Shown here in pieces: positions 9,670 through 18,733 of a stretch of DNA of 64,000 nucleotides; the first letter of the stretch is position 1, and each line of letters opens with the position of its first letter. Made by a program: the position numbers and the translations under genes. A model generated the notes under the pieces. That model made no database searches, was not told the DNA's origin, and saw only the letters and a list, made by a program, of their open reading frames with translations. The DNA comes from an uncultured Eubacteriales bacterium (GTDB lineage: Bacteria; Bacillota; Clostridia; Peptostreptococcales; Anaerovoracaceae). Location: assembly GCA_902778565.1 (NCBI GenBank), contig CACYYH010000002.1:5659-69658 (forward strand). The letters run 5' to 3'.

Positions 9670-10101
9670 TTATTTATTCTTATACTTTACTTCAAGCTTG
9701 TCGTTCAGTTCAACTACGCCCTCTTCAGCAAGCTTCTGTATGAAAGGTACATATGCTTCTTTAAAGTTAGTACGAGGAGTTCCGAAGATATCCATCTGAA
9801 GGCAAGGGAAATCCGTGTCATGTACATCGATATAATGCTCTACGCCGCCGGGAACTGTTACGAATCCACCGGGGGTCAGGTGATAGCATACTCCGTCTAC
9901 CCAGTAATCACACTCACCTGCAATACAGAAAGCTATCTGCTCTTCGGGATGTGAATGAGGTCTCTTTTCATGGCCGGCCTCTACCAGTCCGATCGTTACT
10001 GTGCAGTCATCAGCTCCCATAGCTAAAGTAACCTGCTTGATACCCTCTCTTAAAGGTCTGAACGGCATATCGTTCCAATTTCCACTCATGATCATTGACA
10101 T
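9670..10101 (-). CDS. Cupin domain protein (copy 1)
   Basis: 143 aa. Cupin metal motif HSHPEEQIAF...GGVEHY. RBS TAGGAGG. Confidence 0.8.
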   Translation of the reverse strand: MSMIMSGNWNDMPFRPLREGIKQVTLAMGADDCTVTIGLVEAGHEKRPHSHPEEQIAFCIAGECDYWVDGVCYHLTPGGFVTVPGGVEHYIDVHDTDFPCLQMDIFGTPRTNFKEAYVPFIQKLAEEGVVELNDKLEVKYKNK

Positions 10102-10150
10102 AATTATATCCTCCTAAATCAAACTTTATTTACTAAAGATAATACTCTGT

Positions 10151-11428
10151 TTAAGCTCCCAAAAGATTCGGCAGGAAAAGAACTATCTGCGGTACGAATG
10201 CTATGAGAAGCGTTACCGCAAGTGCTGCTATGATAAACGGAAGCAGCGGTTTGGAGATCTTTTCAAGCGGGATTTTTGTGATATTTGAAGTAACGAACAG
10301 CGTCATGCCTACAGGCGGTGTAACGAGGCCTATGGTAAGCATGATACAGAACCATACACCGAACTGAACTTCATCCATACCCGCATAGAGTGCCAGCGGC
10401 ATCATAACGGGAGTGAATATCAGCTGAGCTGCTGTAGCTTCCATAGCGCAGCCTACGACGATAAGTATCGCGAACATCATCAGGATGATGATCACTGAGC
10501 TTTCCGTCATGCTCATTACAGCATTCTGGATCATCTGAGGTACATTGGCTACGGCCATACTCCATCCGATAATGTTTCCGAATCCGATGATGATGAAGAT
10601 TCCGGAAATAACAGTGGTGGATCTCATCAGTACTCTGGGAATGATCTTGAAGCTGAACTTTCTGTATATCAGACCTGCCACGATAGCTGCAGCGATAGCT
10701 ACAGAACCTGATTCGGCAGGTGTGAATATGCCGGCAGTGATACCAAATACCATAATGAAAGGTACCAGAAGAGCCGGAATGGCTTTAACAAATTTCTTCA
10801 AAAGATCTTTTCCGTCGAAATGCTCAATACTTCTGGGAAGATTGCGCTTTTTGACGTTAAGACGAATGATGATGATGTAAGCCAGACCGATCAGAATGCC
10901 GGGAATGGCTCCGCCTTCGAACATTGCAGATACCGAAATGCCGGTAAGTACGCTGCAATAGATAAATGTGGTGCTGGGCGGTATTACCGGTCCCAGAACA
11001 CCGGATGCGCATACGAGAGCGGACGAGAAATCCGCGGGATATTTATCACGTACCATTTCAGGTACGACTACGGAGCACAGGATCGCTGCTACAGCATTGG
11101 CAGATCCAAGAATAGCTGACAGGATCATTGCTACGATTACTACCACGTATGCCAGGCCGCCTTTGAACTGTCCTACCAGCGCACGGACGAAATCAATGAG
11201 TTTCTCCGTAACGCCGCTGGCATTCATCAGCTCTCCGGCGATGATGAAGAAAGGAATACAGGTCAGAGCGCTTACGCCCATTCCTGCAAACATTTTCTGA
11301 GTTATAACACCAAAATAGCTTGCGTTACCAATGGTAACAATATGTGTAACGCCGGCAAGACCGAGAACGAAGCATATCGGCATACCGATGATCAGCATTA
11401 AAAGAAATACTGCTACTACTATACCCAT
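10151..11428 (-). CDS. dctM: TRAP transporter large permease
   Basis: 425-aa polytopic membrane ORF typical of the DctM family. Overlaps dctQ by 1 nt. Confidence 0.9.
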   Translation of the reverse strand: MGIVVAVFLLMLIIGMPICFVLGLAGVTHIVTIGNASYFGVITQKMFAGMGVSALTCIPFFIIAGELMNASGVTEKLIDFVRALVGQFKGGLAYVVVIVAMILSAILGSANAVAAILCSVVVPEMVRDKYPADFSSALVCASGVLGPVIPPSTTFIYCSVLTGISVSAMFEGGAIPGILIGLAYIIIIRLNVKKRNLPRSIEHFDGKDLLKKFVKAIPALLVPFIMVFGITAGIFTPAESGSVAIAAAIVAGLIYRKFSFKIIPRVLMRSTTVISGIFIIIGFGNIIGWSMAVANVPQMIQNAVMSMTESSVIIILMMFAILIVVGCAMEATAAQLIFTPVMMPLALYAGMDEVQFGVWFCIMLTIGLVTPPVGMTLFVTSNITKIPLEKISKPLLPFIIAALAVTLLIAFVPQIVLFLPNLLGA

Positions 11429-12030
11429 TATGCTTCACCTCCTTCGGTTCCGGCTTCTGCTGCTTCAACTATTGCCTCAACTGCCGAATCATGAACCTGA
11501 TCGTTTATTACCTCTCCGGCCACGTTCAGTTTCAGATCGTAAGTGCCGTCTTTGAATTTCCTGAAAATCTCATAATAGTTTTCTATTGCAAACAAGACGA
11601 TCATTCCCAGACCTATGATGATAGGCAGATAAGGCCAAACCATTGAGATCTGGAGACCGATGCTGACTTGTTTAGCTACAGAAGGCAACATAACTGTATA
11701 GATAGCATTTCTGAAAACAAAAATCGCGAATGCAAGCGAGATAGTGTTGATCACAAGTTCCCATGCAAGTTTGGCAGGACCTCTGACTCTGTTTCGGATC
11801 AAATCGAATGCAACCAACTCACCTTGACGGAAACATGCCGCGCCGCCTATCATAGCTACCAAAACGATGCAGTAACGAATGAGTTCGTCTGCCCACATAG
11901 ATGAATTGCCAAACAGATAACGTCTGGTTATTTCCATCAAGGAGACAACGACCATGACTCCGATAGTCACAGCGGCAATAACCTTAGCTGCATATTCTAT
12001 TATATCCAGGACCTTATTTACAGCTTTCAT
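11428..12030 (-). CDS. dctQ: TRAP transporter small permease
   Basis: The ORF track starts at 12093, but AAGGAG lies 6 nt before ATG 12030 (MKAVNKVLDII...). Four-TM DctQ-like protein with an acidic C-terminal tail. Confidence 0.8.
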   Translation of the reverse strand: MKAVNKVLDIIEYAAKVIAAVTIGVMVVVSLMEITRRYLFGNSSMWADELIRYCIVLVAMIGGAACFRQGELVAFDLIRNRVRGPAKLAWELVINTISLAFAIFVFRNAIYTVMLPSVAKQVSIGLQISMVWPYLPIIIGLGMIVLFAIENYYEIFRKFKDGTYDLKLNVAGEVINDQVHDSAVEAIVEAAEAGTEGGEA

Positions 12031-12060
12031 AAGAATCTCCTTGAAAAATGATATAACATT

Positions 12061-12096
12061 GGAGTGCCCTTTCTGATTAATCAGCCAGGACACTCC
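12061..12096 (-). other. Long imperfect hairpin between dctP and dctQ (possible mRNA stabiliser or partial terminator)
   Basis: GGAGTGCCCTTTCTGATTAATCAGCCAGGACACTCC, with the central CTGATTAATCAG perfectly palindromic. Confidence 0.4.
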
Positions 12097-12117
12097 TTTT
12101 ACTACTTTTTAAGTCAA

Positions 12118-13146
12118 TTATTTTGAGTTAAGCTCTACGACCTTATCTACGAATGCTGCAACGCCTTCGCTCTGAGCTTTGATGTCATCCCAAAGAGGCA
12201 TAGCCTTGTCAACGAATTCCTGACGTGCATCGCCTTCGATGGTGTTGATCTCTAATCCTGCATCAAGGCATGTCTGCTCTGCAGTTGACTCAAGGTCTGC
12301 AAGATACTTTGTGAAGCAGTTTTCCTCACCAAGATCGAATCCTTCGATGATAACATTCTGGGTCTCTTCGGGAAGTGAATTCCAGAAATCAAGATTTACA
12401 CAGGTGAACTCAGGATAAGGATACATACCGATCTTGGAGATGTACTTAAGCTGTTCATAGTGCTTAAGAGCATAAACGGATGTGATGTTGATCTCTTCGC
12501 CGTCTACTACGTTATTCTGAAGTGCAGAATAAACTTCATTGTAGTTAACTACCATAGGGGAAGCTCCAAGGGTCTCCATTACAGTCTGAAGGATTTGTGT
12601 AGGAGCTATACGAAGCTTAAGGCCTTTGAGGTCAGCAAGAGTATTTATAGGACGTACATTGTTTGCAAAGTGACGGATACCGTTCTCAAGGCACATAGGA
12701 AGGATCTTAACTCCCATAGCTTCTCCGGCTTCATCGCAAAGTGCGATCCATTCATCACTGTTGAATGCAGCTCTCTCTACGTCATAGTCACCGATAAGGA
12801 AAGGCAGCTGTGCGCAGTCAAGAACTGTGGTGTAAAGAGATGCCTGTGAAAGTGAAAGGCATGCAATCTGGATGGTTCCATCCATTACCTGCTGCATGGT
12901 ATCAGCTTCTCCACCGAGAACTGCGTCTCCCTTATAGTCAATATTAAGGTTGGAGTTCTCATTGATGTATTTGATAGCATCCTGAACTCCCAGCTGAGGA
13001 GGCATGCTGCTGTTTCCATAGGAAGCGTATACAACATTGATAACCTCATCAGTTTCTGCAGGGGCAGGTTCACTTGATCCGCCGCAGGCTGCGAACATGC
13101 TTACTGCAAGCACAAGTACCATGATTAAAACTAAAAACTTCTTCAT
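12118..13146 (-). CDS. dctP: TRAP transporter substrate-binding lipoprotein
   Basis: 342 aa. Lipobox MFAAC after a hydrophobic signal peptide. DctP-like length and composition. Confidence 0.85.
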   Translation of the reverse strand: MKKFLVLIMVLVLAVSMFAACGGSSEPAPAETDEVINVVYASYGNSSMPPQLGVQDAIKYINENSNLNIDYKGDAVLGGEADTMQQVMDGTIQIACLSLSQASLYTTVLDCAQLPFLIGDYDVERAAFNSDEWIALCDEAGEAMGVKILPMCLENGIRHFANNVRPINTLADLKGLKLRIAPTQILQTVMETLGASPMVVNYNEVYSALQNNVVDGEEINITSVYALKHYEQLKYISKIGMYPYPEFTCVNLDFWNSLPEETQNVIIEGFDLGEENCFTKYLADLESTAEQTCLDAGLEINTIEGDARQEFVDKAMPLWDDIKAQSEGVAAFVDKVVELNSK

Positions 13147-13208
13147 GTTAATCTCCTCTCTTTTTAATAAAAAGACTTTTTAATAACTCGTTAATTGGTA
13201 TATCATGA

Positions 13209-14087
13209 TCAGACGCCCAGAAGTTTTGCGGGATTTTCTTTGGCTATCAGATTGATATCTTCTTCAGTTAAACCGAACTTTTCCATCAGAAGGTTGATGA
13301 AACCATACATGCCTTCTACCGGTGAGCCGTTGTTCTTCTGACCCATGTCAGAGTCAAGTATCAGCTGTGAAAGAGGAACAGCATCAAGCATGCCCTTTAT
13401 AACATCGTCATCCAGGGATCCGAGCTTGGCTCCGCTCTTGAACACACATACATTCATCTCAATGAATGCACCCATCTTTGCCCATTTTGACATCTGCTCA
13501 TATGAGGCTTTGATCATGAACTGAGGATGGTTGACTAATATTCTTTTCACTCCCAGTTCGCATGCCTTTTCAACCAGATGGTCAATTTCCCAGGCAGTGC
13601 CATGACCTGTGCCCAGCACTACGTCCTTTTCAGCGATAAGTTTAAGAAGCTCGATAGCTGCAGGATCCATATTGCCTTCCTCATCGACATATACAACGGG
13701 AGTCTCTTCGACCTTGCCGTTGCCGGCTCCGGCGAAGTGCTGTCCCCTGTGGCTGTCTATATGATTTTTTGTGGAAACCGTAGGGAAGTATACTATCTTT
13801 GCTCCCATATTTATGGCAGACTCAGCTGCCAGGGGATTAAAGAGACCAACGGAATTATTCATGGCAATTGCACCATAAACTTCCACTCCCTGAGAATCAT
13901 TATGTGCCTGAACCATTTTGGTTCCCATGACTGTGGGGAAATAATGATCCTTTACAAGGAATCCTCTGTATCCTGCTGCTTTAGCAAGTACCAGCATCTC
14001 TGCAGCGTCTACTTCTCTGTTTGCGACAGACGGGCCTGCATGGATATGAATATCAAGTATTCCTTTTAAAATGCTGCGATCTACCAT
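13209..14087 (-). CDS. Amidohydrolase-superfamily metal-dependent hydrolase (function unknown)
   Basis: 292 aa. N-terminal DIHIHAGPS (HxH) motif and later GTGHG/ILDSD motifs typical of TIM-barrel metallohydrolases. First gene after the sigma-54 promoter. Confidence 0.6.
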   Translation of the reverse strand: MVDRSILKGILDIHIHAGPSVANREVDAAEMLVLAKAAGYRGFLVKDHYFPTVMGTKMVQAHNDSQGVEVYGAIAMNNSVGLFNPLAAESAINMGAKIVYFPTVSTKNHIDSHRGQHFAGAGNGKVEETPVVYVDEEGNMDPAAIELLKLIAEKDVVLGTGHGTAWEIDHLVEKACELGVKRILVNHPQFMIKASYEQMSKWAKMGAFIEMNVCVFKSGAKLGSLDDDVIKGMLDAVPLSQLILDSDMGQKNNGSPVEGMYGFINLLMEKFGLTEEDINLIAKENPAKLLGV

Positions 14088-14168
14088 ATTTTATCCTCCT
14101 TACTTTATGCTGCGGGATCTCGTCCGTTTGTCCCGCTTAAATTCTTTGCAATATCTGCCATATAACAG

Positions 14169-14186
14169 TTGCAGATTTCGTGCCAA
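14169..14186 (-). promoter_or_regulatory. Sigma-54 (-24/-12) promoter of the nine-gene operon
   Basis: Minus strand TTGGCACGAAATCTGCAA, read as TGGCAC-N5-CTGC. It lies 82 nt upstream of ATG 14087. Confidence 0.8.
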
Positions 14187-14272
14187 AACCAGTTCTATTA
14201 AAACAAGGCTTCTTCACACAGTTTTAATTCACTTTTGAATTATCCAACCTGTTTTTAAGTCATAAATGACTT

Positions 14273-15163
14273 TTAAATAACTGCTTCCATGAAAGTTTTA
14301 AAAGGATCCGGTTCTTCACCATCATCTTCTGCCGGTATTTCGATATAATCGATTCCCAGAATGACGCGTTCGTTCAAAGTCTCTCCGGATTTCAACTCCA
14401 CTTTTTCCTTTGAGTTCATTCTGAACACACATGATGTCGTTTCTCCCGCCTTCTCCTCTTCGGCAGTAGCCTCTGTCAATGTAGAATATACAGAGTAGTG
14501 AAGGAGTCCATCACTCTCTGCCAGCTCCAGCATCGGCTTTATCTCATCACTCTCAGAAACAGCAACAGGGCTTTTTTCCTTAAAAGGGACGAAGGACAGG
14601 TTGCGATATTCGCTTTCCGATGTATCCATCTCATATGGAAAATCATATATGATCTTAGGGCAGAAGCTTCTGAGTGACATCGCCCTGCCTTTTGCTCCTA
14701 TATATATCCTGCTCTCAAAATCGAGTTCCGTGCTCTCTTCAGCACTTATAAAATAGTTTATTATGAGACGATTCAGATTGACCCACATTATCTGGCAGCC
14801 TAGAGTAAGCTCGGAATCTGCCACTTCTCCTTTGTCCACTTTGCAGGTGAAAAGCACGTAATTGTCACCCTCTTCAGCAACGTCCCATACTTTATTTGCT
14901 GTAACTTTTCCCAGATATCCACCCCACAGGCAGCCTGCTGCATTGCTCTTGACAAATTTTTCTTTAATAAAGGAATCATCAAGAAGGCTTTCCATGGACA
15001 TGTTCTCGCCATGTACATGAATACCGCAGATCCTTGAACCGTAACTGCTTACGTCCACATAATCACCTGTATTGTTTGGTATTCTGTACAGCCAGGCTTC
15101 TTTACCGTACTCATCTTTGAAAAAAAGTGCTTTTTTAATCGTTTGTGTCATCTCGTTCACCAT
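14273..15163 (-). CDS. Hypothetical protein (weak resemblance to the N-terminal part of the aldose-1-epimerase fold)
   Basis: The ORF runs to 15265, but the sigma-54 promoter at 15196-15212 places the TSS near 15185. The start is therefore most likely ATG 15163 (MVNEMTQ) or 15151 (MTQTIKK). Confidence 0.6.
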   Translation of the reverse strand: MVNEMTQTIKKALFFKDEYGKEAWLYRIPNNTGDYVDVSSYGSRICGIHVHGENMSMESLLDDSFIKEKFVKSNAAGCLWGGYLGKVTANKVWDVAEEGDNYVLFTCKVDKGEVADSELTLGCQIMWVNLNRLIINYFISAEESTELDFESRIYIGAKGRAMSLRSFCPKIIYDFPYEMDTSESEYRNLSFVPFKEKSPVAVSESDEIKPMLELAESDGLLHYSVYSTLTEATAEEEKAGETTSCVFRMNSKEKVELKSGETLNERVILGIDYIEIPAEDDGEEPDPFKTFMEAVI

Positions 15164-15195
15164 TTTCCGTAAGTTATGATTGATGCCAATAAGAT

Positions 15196-15212
15196 TAGCA
15201 ATTGTTATGCCA
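15196..15212 (-). promoter_or_regulatory. Sigma-54 (-24/-12) promoter
   Basis: Minus strand TTGGCATAACAATTGCT, read as TGGCAT-N5-TTGCT with exact spacing. Confidence 0.75.
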
Positions 15213-15229
15213 ACATCAAAAAATTTTAA

Positions 15230-15270
15230 ATGGTATGGTTTTTGCTTTAATATTTCGCAAAACATAATAA
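15230..15270 (+). promoter_or_regulatory. Promoter region of the second cupin-aldolase pair: sigma-54-like element with 1-nt-long spacer, overlapping a sigma-A-like element
   Basis: TGGTATGGTTTTTTGCT puts GG-to-GC spacing one nt longer than consensus. The alternative is TTGCTT-N17-TAATAA (15242-15270). Confidence 0.4.
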
Positions 15271-15302
15271 TCTAATCACAGATTTTGAAAGGAGATATTC
15301 TC

Positions 15303-15779
15303 ATGGCAAAAATTATGTATGGCAATTATAATGATCTTCCTTGGATGCCCAACCATAACAAGGACGTTGATGGCAAAATAATGTGCTGGACAAAAGCTTT
15401 CGCAATGGAAGCAGCTAACTTCCATATGGGTATCGGCAAGATGCTCAACGGAATGCCCCAGGGTCCTCACACTCATCCCAATGAGCAGATCGCAATGGTA
15501 GTTAAAGGCGAATGTGATTATTGGGTTAACGGCGTACCTTACCGTCTTACTCCCGGTTCTTGGGTAAACGTTCCCCCTCACTATGTACACTGGGCTCACG
15601 TATACCGCTCAGTAGGTCCCTGCTATCAGCTCGACATAATGAGTCCCAGAAGAACTTCAACCTGCGATGCTTATATCAAATGGCTCAAGGAAGAGCATGA
15701 CATCGACTGGAATGCAGGTGGAATCGAAGTGCCCGACCTCGATGCTCCTCAGGATCCCAACGTAGAAGCAAGACTGTAA
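15303..15779 (+). CDS. Cupin domain protein (copy 2)
   Basis: AGGAG lies 8 nt before ATG 15303 (MAKIMYGNYNDL...). Motif HTHPNEQIAM. Paralog of 9670-10101. Confidence 0.8.
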   Translation: MAKIMYGNYNDLPWMPNHNKDVDGKIMCWTKAFAMEAANFHMGIGKMLNGMPQGPHTHPNEQIAMVVKGECDYWVNGVPYRLTPGSWVNVPPHYVHWAHVYRSVGPCYQLDIMSPRRTSTCDAYIKWLKEEHDIDWNAGGIEVPDLDAPQDPNVEARL

Positions 15780-15802
15780 CCTTTAAAAGGAGGCGCCGCT
15801 AT

Positions 15803-16600
15803 ATGCAAATGAGAAATCTCGTAAGAGAAAAAATCGAGAAACAGGGATATGCTCTCGGTGCATTCGTGGCTTCGAGTTCTCCCATGCACTGTGAGATACT
15901 CGCCATGAACGGGATCGATTTCATGATACTTGACTGTGAGCATGCACAGACAGATGCAGAATCCGCCGTAAACATGTTCAGAGCATGCGAACTTTATGGT
16001 GCTGCTCCCATCGTACGCGTATACAATCCGTTTGACGGTCCCATGATGAGCCGCTATCTCGATATAGGCGCTCATGGAGTTATGACTCCGCTCGTCAGCA
16101 CAGTAGAGCAGGCCCGGAATATAGTTGACAATATGAAGTATGCCCCTATAGGTAAGAGAGGCGCAAACGGAGGCAGAGGCCCGCGCTGGGGAGCATATGA
16201 AGATTATATCCACGTCGCTAATGACAATACCCTTGCCATTGCTCAGATCGAATCACTTGAAGGTGTTGAAAACGTAGAAGAGATCGCTGCTATGCCCGGA
16301 ATAGATGCGCTTTTTATCGGAACCGGCGACCTTTCTTTAGAGATGGGACTTCAGTTCAAAGCCGATTCAGCCGCCAACCATAAAGTGGAATCCGAAGAAA
16401 TGGTTAAGAATATTGACCGTATACTTCAGGCTGCACTGAAAAATGGCAAGATACCCGGGATAGTTACAGCTTCAGCAGAAGACGCTATCAGGAGGATCAA
16501 GCAGGGTTTCCAATTCGTAACGTGCATGAACGATCTGGGTTTCTTCCGTTCAAGAAGCAAGATGCATCTGGACAGTATACGCGAAGCAGTAAGCAAATAA
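15803..16600 (+). CDS. HpcH/HpaI family aldolase (copy 2)
   Basis: 265 aa. Aligns by eye along its full length with 8890-9657 (ILDCEHAQTD, PIGKRGANGGRGPRWG). Confidence 0.8.
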   Translation: MQMRNLVREKIEKQGYALGAFVASSSPMHCEILAMNGIDFMILDCEHAQTDAESAVNMFRACELYGAAPIVRVYNPFDGPMMSRYLDIGAHGVMTPLVSTVEQARNIVDNMKYAPIGKRGANGGRGPRWGAYEDYIHVANDNTLAIAQIESLEGVENVEEIAAMPGIDALFIGTGDLSLEMGLQFKADSAANHKVESEEMVKNIDRILQAALKNGKIPGIVTASAEDAIRRIKQGFQFVTCMNDLGFFRSRSKMHLDSIREAVSK

Positions 16601-16637
16601 TCATATTGAATCTTGTTCCTTTATTAATCAACTATTA

Positions 16638-16670
16638 CAAAACCTCCTCATTTGAGGAGGTTTTGTTTTG
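16638..16670. terminator. Bidirectional intrinsic terminator
   Basis: AAACCTCCTC-ATTT-GAGGAGGTTT followed by TGTTTTG. It sits between convergent genes. Confidence 0.8.
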
Positions 16671-16702
16671 TGCTGACAGTGTTCTGTTTTAAAATATTGT
16701 CA

Positions 16703-18184
16703 TTACTCATCTATGTCTATACCCAGTTGTCGCATTTTCCTGACAATAGTCGACTGTGAAGTCTGCAGTGCTTCAGCTACTTTATATGTGGATTTATATA
16801 TGCCATAAGCATCCTTGATTATCCTTCGTTCAAAGTCATTTACAGCATCTTTCAAACTTGTATTAGCGGAATACTCCAGAGCAGGATTATCCTCCTCTGT
16901 AAGAGCAAAATCCATAATATACTTAAGCTGTTCTATGGTTATAGCCGGTTCATTTCCTACTATTACGAGACGTTCCACTATATTTTCAAGTTCTCTTACA
17001 TTCCCCGGCCATTCATACCGCTCCATTGCAGCGGCTGCATAAGGTGTAAAGAATTTTGCTTTTTTATATTTTTTATTGAAACTTTCAAGGAAAGCTGTGG
17101 CAAGAGGAGCCACGTCTTCTTTTCTCTCACTGAGAGGCGGGATGTTTATAGGGAACACGTTCAATCGGTAATACAGATCTGTACGGAAATTCCCCTCTTT
17201 GACCATAGCTCCGAGATCGCGGTTGGTAGCTGCAATAACGCGTACATCTATAGGGATATTCCTGGTGCCTCCTACTTTTCTGATCTCCCTCTCCTGAAGC
17301 ACCCTGAGGAGTTTAGGCTGAAGCGCCAGCGGAAATTCGCCTATTTCGTCCAGAAGTATCGTTCCATGATTTGCCACCTCGAACAGGCCTACTTTGGGAG
17401 AAACCGCGCCGGTAAAAGCCCCTTTCTCATGGCCAAAAAGCTCGGATTCAAGCAGATTTTCAGGTATAGCAGCGCAATTCACCGTAATGAATGGACCGTT
17501 GGCCCTTTCACTTTTGAAGTGTATCTCCTTAGCAACGACTTCCTTTCCGGTACCGCTGTCTCCACGGATCAAAACGGTAGCATCGCTTGGAGCCACTATG
17601 GAGATCAGTTTCCTTATTTCTTCTATCTTACGGGAATTGCCCAGAAGACTTGAATCATTAAGACTGGCTCTGAGATATGCAAGTTCCTGCGCTTCTGCCT
17701 CAGTCTTTTCATTCAATCTTTCGATATAGTTATTCCAGCTGCTGGACATGGTAAGGTCGTGGATTATGGTAACCACGAGCTTTATTTCCCCTTTTTCATC
17801 GTACACAGGAGTAGATGTAACCAGTACCTGATTGCCGGTAGGACTCAAAGTTATCATGGAAACACGTCGGTTTTCCTCTATCGCAACTAATGCGGCAGAC
17901 CTGTTTATGGGCTTTTCAAGCATTTCATACTCGGAATCCATGAAATCCGATTTGATATCGTCATCCAGCTCGACATAGAATGAATTATTCAAAAAAATCG
18001 CGTCATGGATATAAAGACCTAATACGTCCTCCCGCTTTTTCCCATAGGTCTGACACCAGGCATCATTGACCATCTTCACCTTTCCATCAGGTGTTATGAT
18101 ATGTATAGGCATAGACACAAGGTTAGCCAGTTCCTCGATGCCAAAAGTATTTATATCCGTAAAACCATGTTTAGAAGAACTCAT
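16703..18184 (-). CDS. Sigma-54-dependent transcriptional activator (PAS sensor, AAA+ domain, C-terminal HTH)
   Basis: 493 aa. Walker [10 protein letters not shown], sigma-54 contact loop [17 protein letters not shown]-terminal HTH ...[30 protein letters not shown]. Confidence 0.9.
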   Translation of the reverse strand: MSSSKHGFTDINTFGIEELANLVSMPIHIITPDGKVKMVNDAWCQTYGKKREDVLGLYIHDAIFLNNSFYVELDDDIKSDFMDSEYEMLEKPINRSAALVAIEENRRVSMITLSPTGNQVLVTSTPVYDEKGEIKLVVTIIHDLTMSSSWNNYIERLNEKTEAEAQELAYLRASLNDSSLLGNSRKIEEIRKLISIVAPSDATVLIRGDSGTGKEVVAKEIHFKSERANGPFITVNCAAIPENLLESELFGHEKGAFTGAVSPKVGLFEVANHGTILLDEIGEFPLALQPKLLRVLQEREIRKVGGTRNIPIDVRVIAATNRDLGAMVKEGNFRTDLYYRLNVFPINIPPLSERKEDVAPLATAFLESFNKKYKKAKFFTPYAAAAMERYEWPGNVRELENIVERLVIVGNEPAITIEQLKYIMDFALTEEDNPALEYSANTSLKDAVNDFERRIIKDAYGIYKSTYKVAEALQTSQSTIVRKMRQLGIDIDE

Positions 18185-18244
18185 AAATTTCAGCCTCTCA
18201 CTACGTGTGTTATAAACATATGATATAATATTATATTATAAAAA

Positions 18245-18272
18245 ATTATACTTGAAAAGATTATTGATTCAA
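18245..18272 (-). promoter_or_regulatory. Sigma-A type promoter for the activator gene
   Basis: Minus strand TTGAAT-N16-TATAAT. Confidence 0.45.
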
Positions 18273-18292
18273 ATTTAAGTATTTAACTCAAA

Positions 18293-18631
18293 TCATTCAC
18301 TGTAAACCCAAACAGTGAAACTTTTTGGCTTTTCTTTATCCTCTTTGATAAGTATCTTTCCTTTATCAGAGCCTTTTACACATGATAGGGCTCCTTTATT
18401 TTCTATCACATTACCGTCTTTTACAGGAAAATGTTCCGGATCCCCACATAAATAAATATCAGGATGCTTTCCTTCATCCGCCAGTTCACAGCCAATGCAT
18501 CTGCCGCAGTTGAGGCCGAATCCATAAGGACACAGGTATGCTTTTGCTGCTTCAAGAGCTTCAGCTGCGCTTATACTTTCATCCCTTAGCGGTCTGAATA
18601 TTAAATTGTGTGTATCTTTTAGAGAATTCAT
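18293..18631 (-). CDS. Small Cys-rich hypothetical protein
   Basis: 112-aa ORF with motif CGRCIGCELADEGKHPDIYL. The RBS is weak, and the start codon abuts the sigma-54 promoter on the opposite strand. Confidence 0.5.
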   Translation of the reverse strand: MNSLKDTHNLIFRPLRDESISAAEALEAAKAYLCPYGFGLNCGRCIGCELADEGKHPDIYLCGDPEHFPVKDGNVIENKGALSCVKGSDKGKILIKEDKEKPKSFTVWVYSE

Positions 18632-18646
18632 GGCATATAATTTGCT
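18631..18646 (+). promoter_or_regulatory. Sigma-54 (-24/-12) promoter
   Basis: TGGCATATAATTTGCT with exact spacing, 88 nt upstream of ATG 18734. Confidence 0.7.
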
Positions 18647-18733
18647 TCTTTATATTATCAACTTACAGAATATTTTATCATATAGAAACATATCTGTCAT
18701 TGGTGTCTATTATTACACTCCAAAGCTAAAGAA

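Noticed and set aside
15276-15599. 107-aa minus-strand ORF, and 15749-16213 (154 aa, minus)
   Set aside because: They are antisense to the cupin and aldolase copy-2 genes and lack an RBS or any family resemblance.
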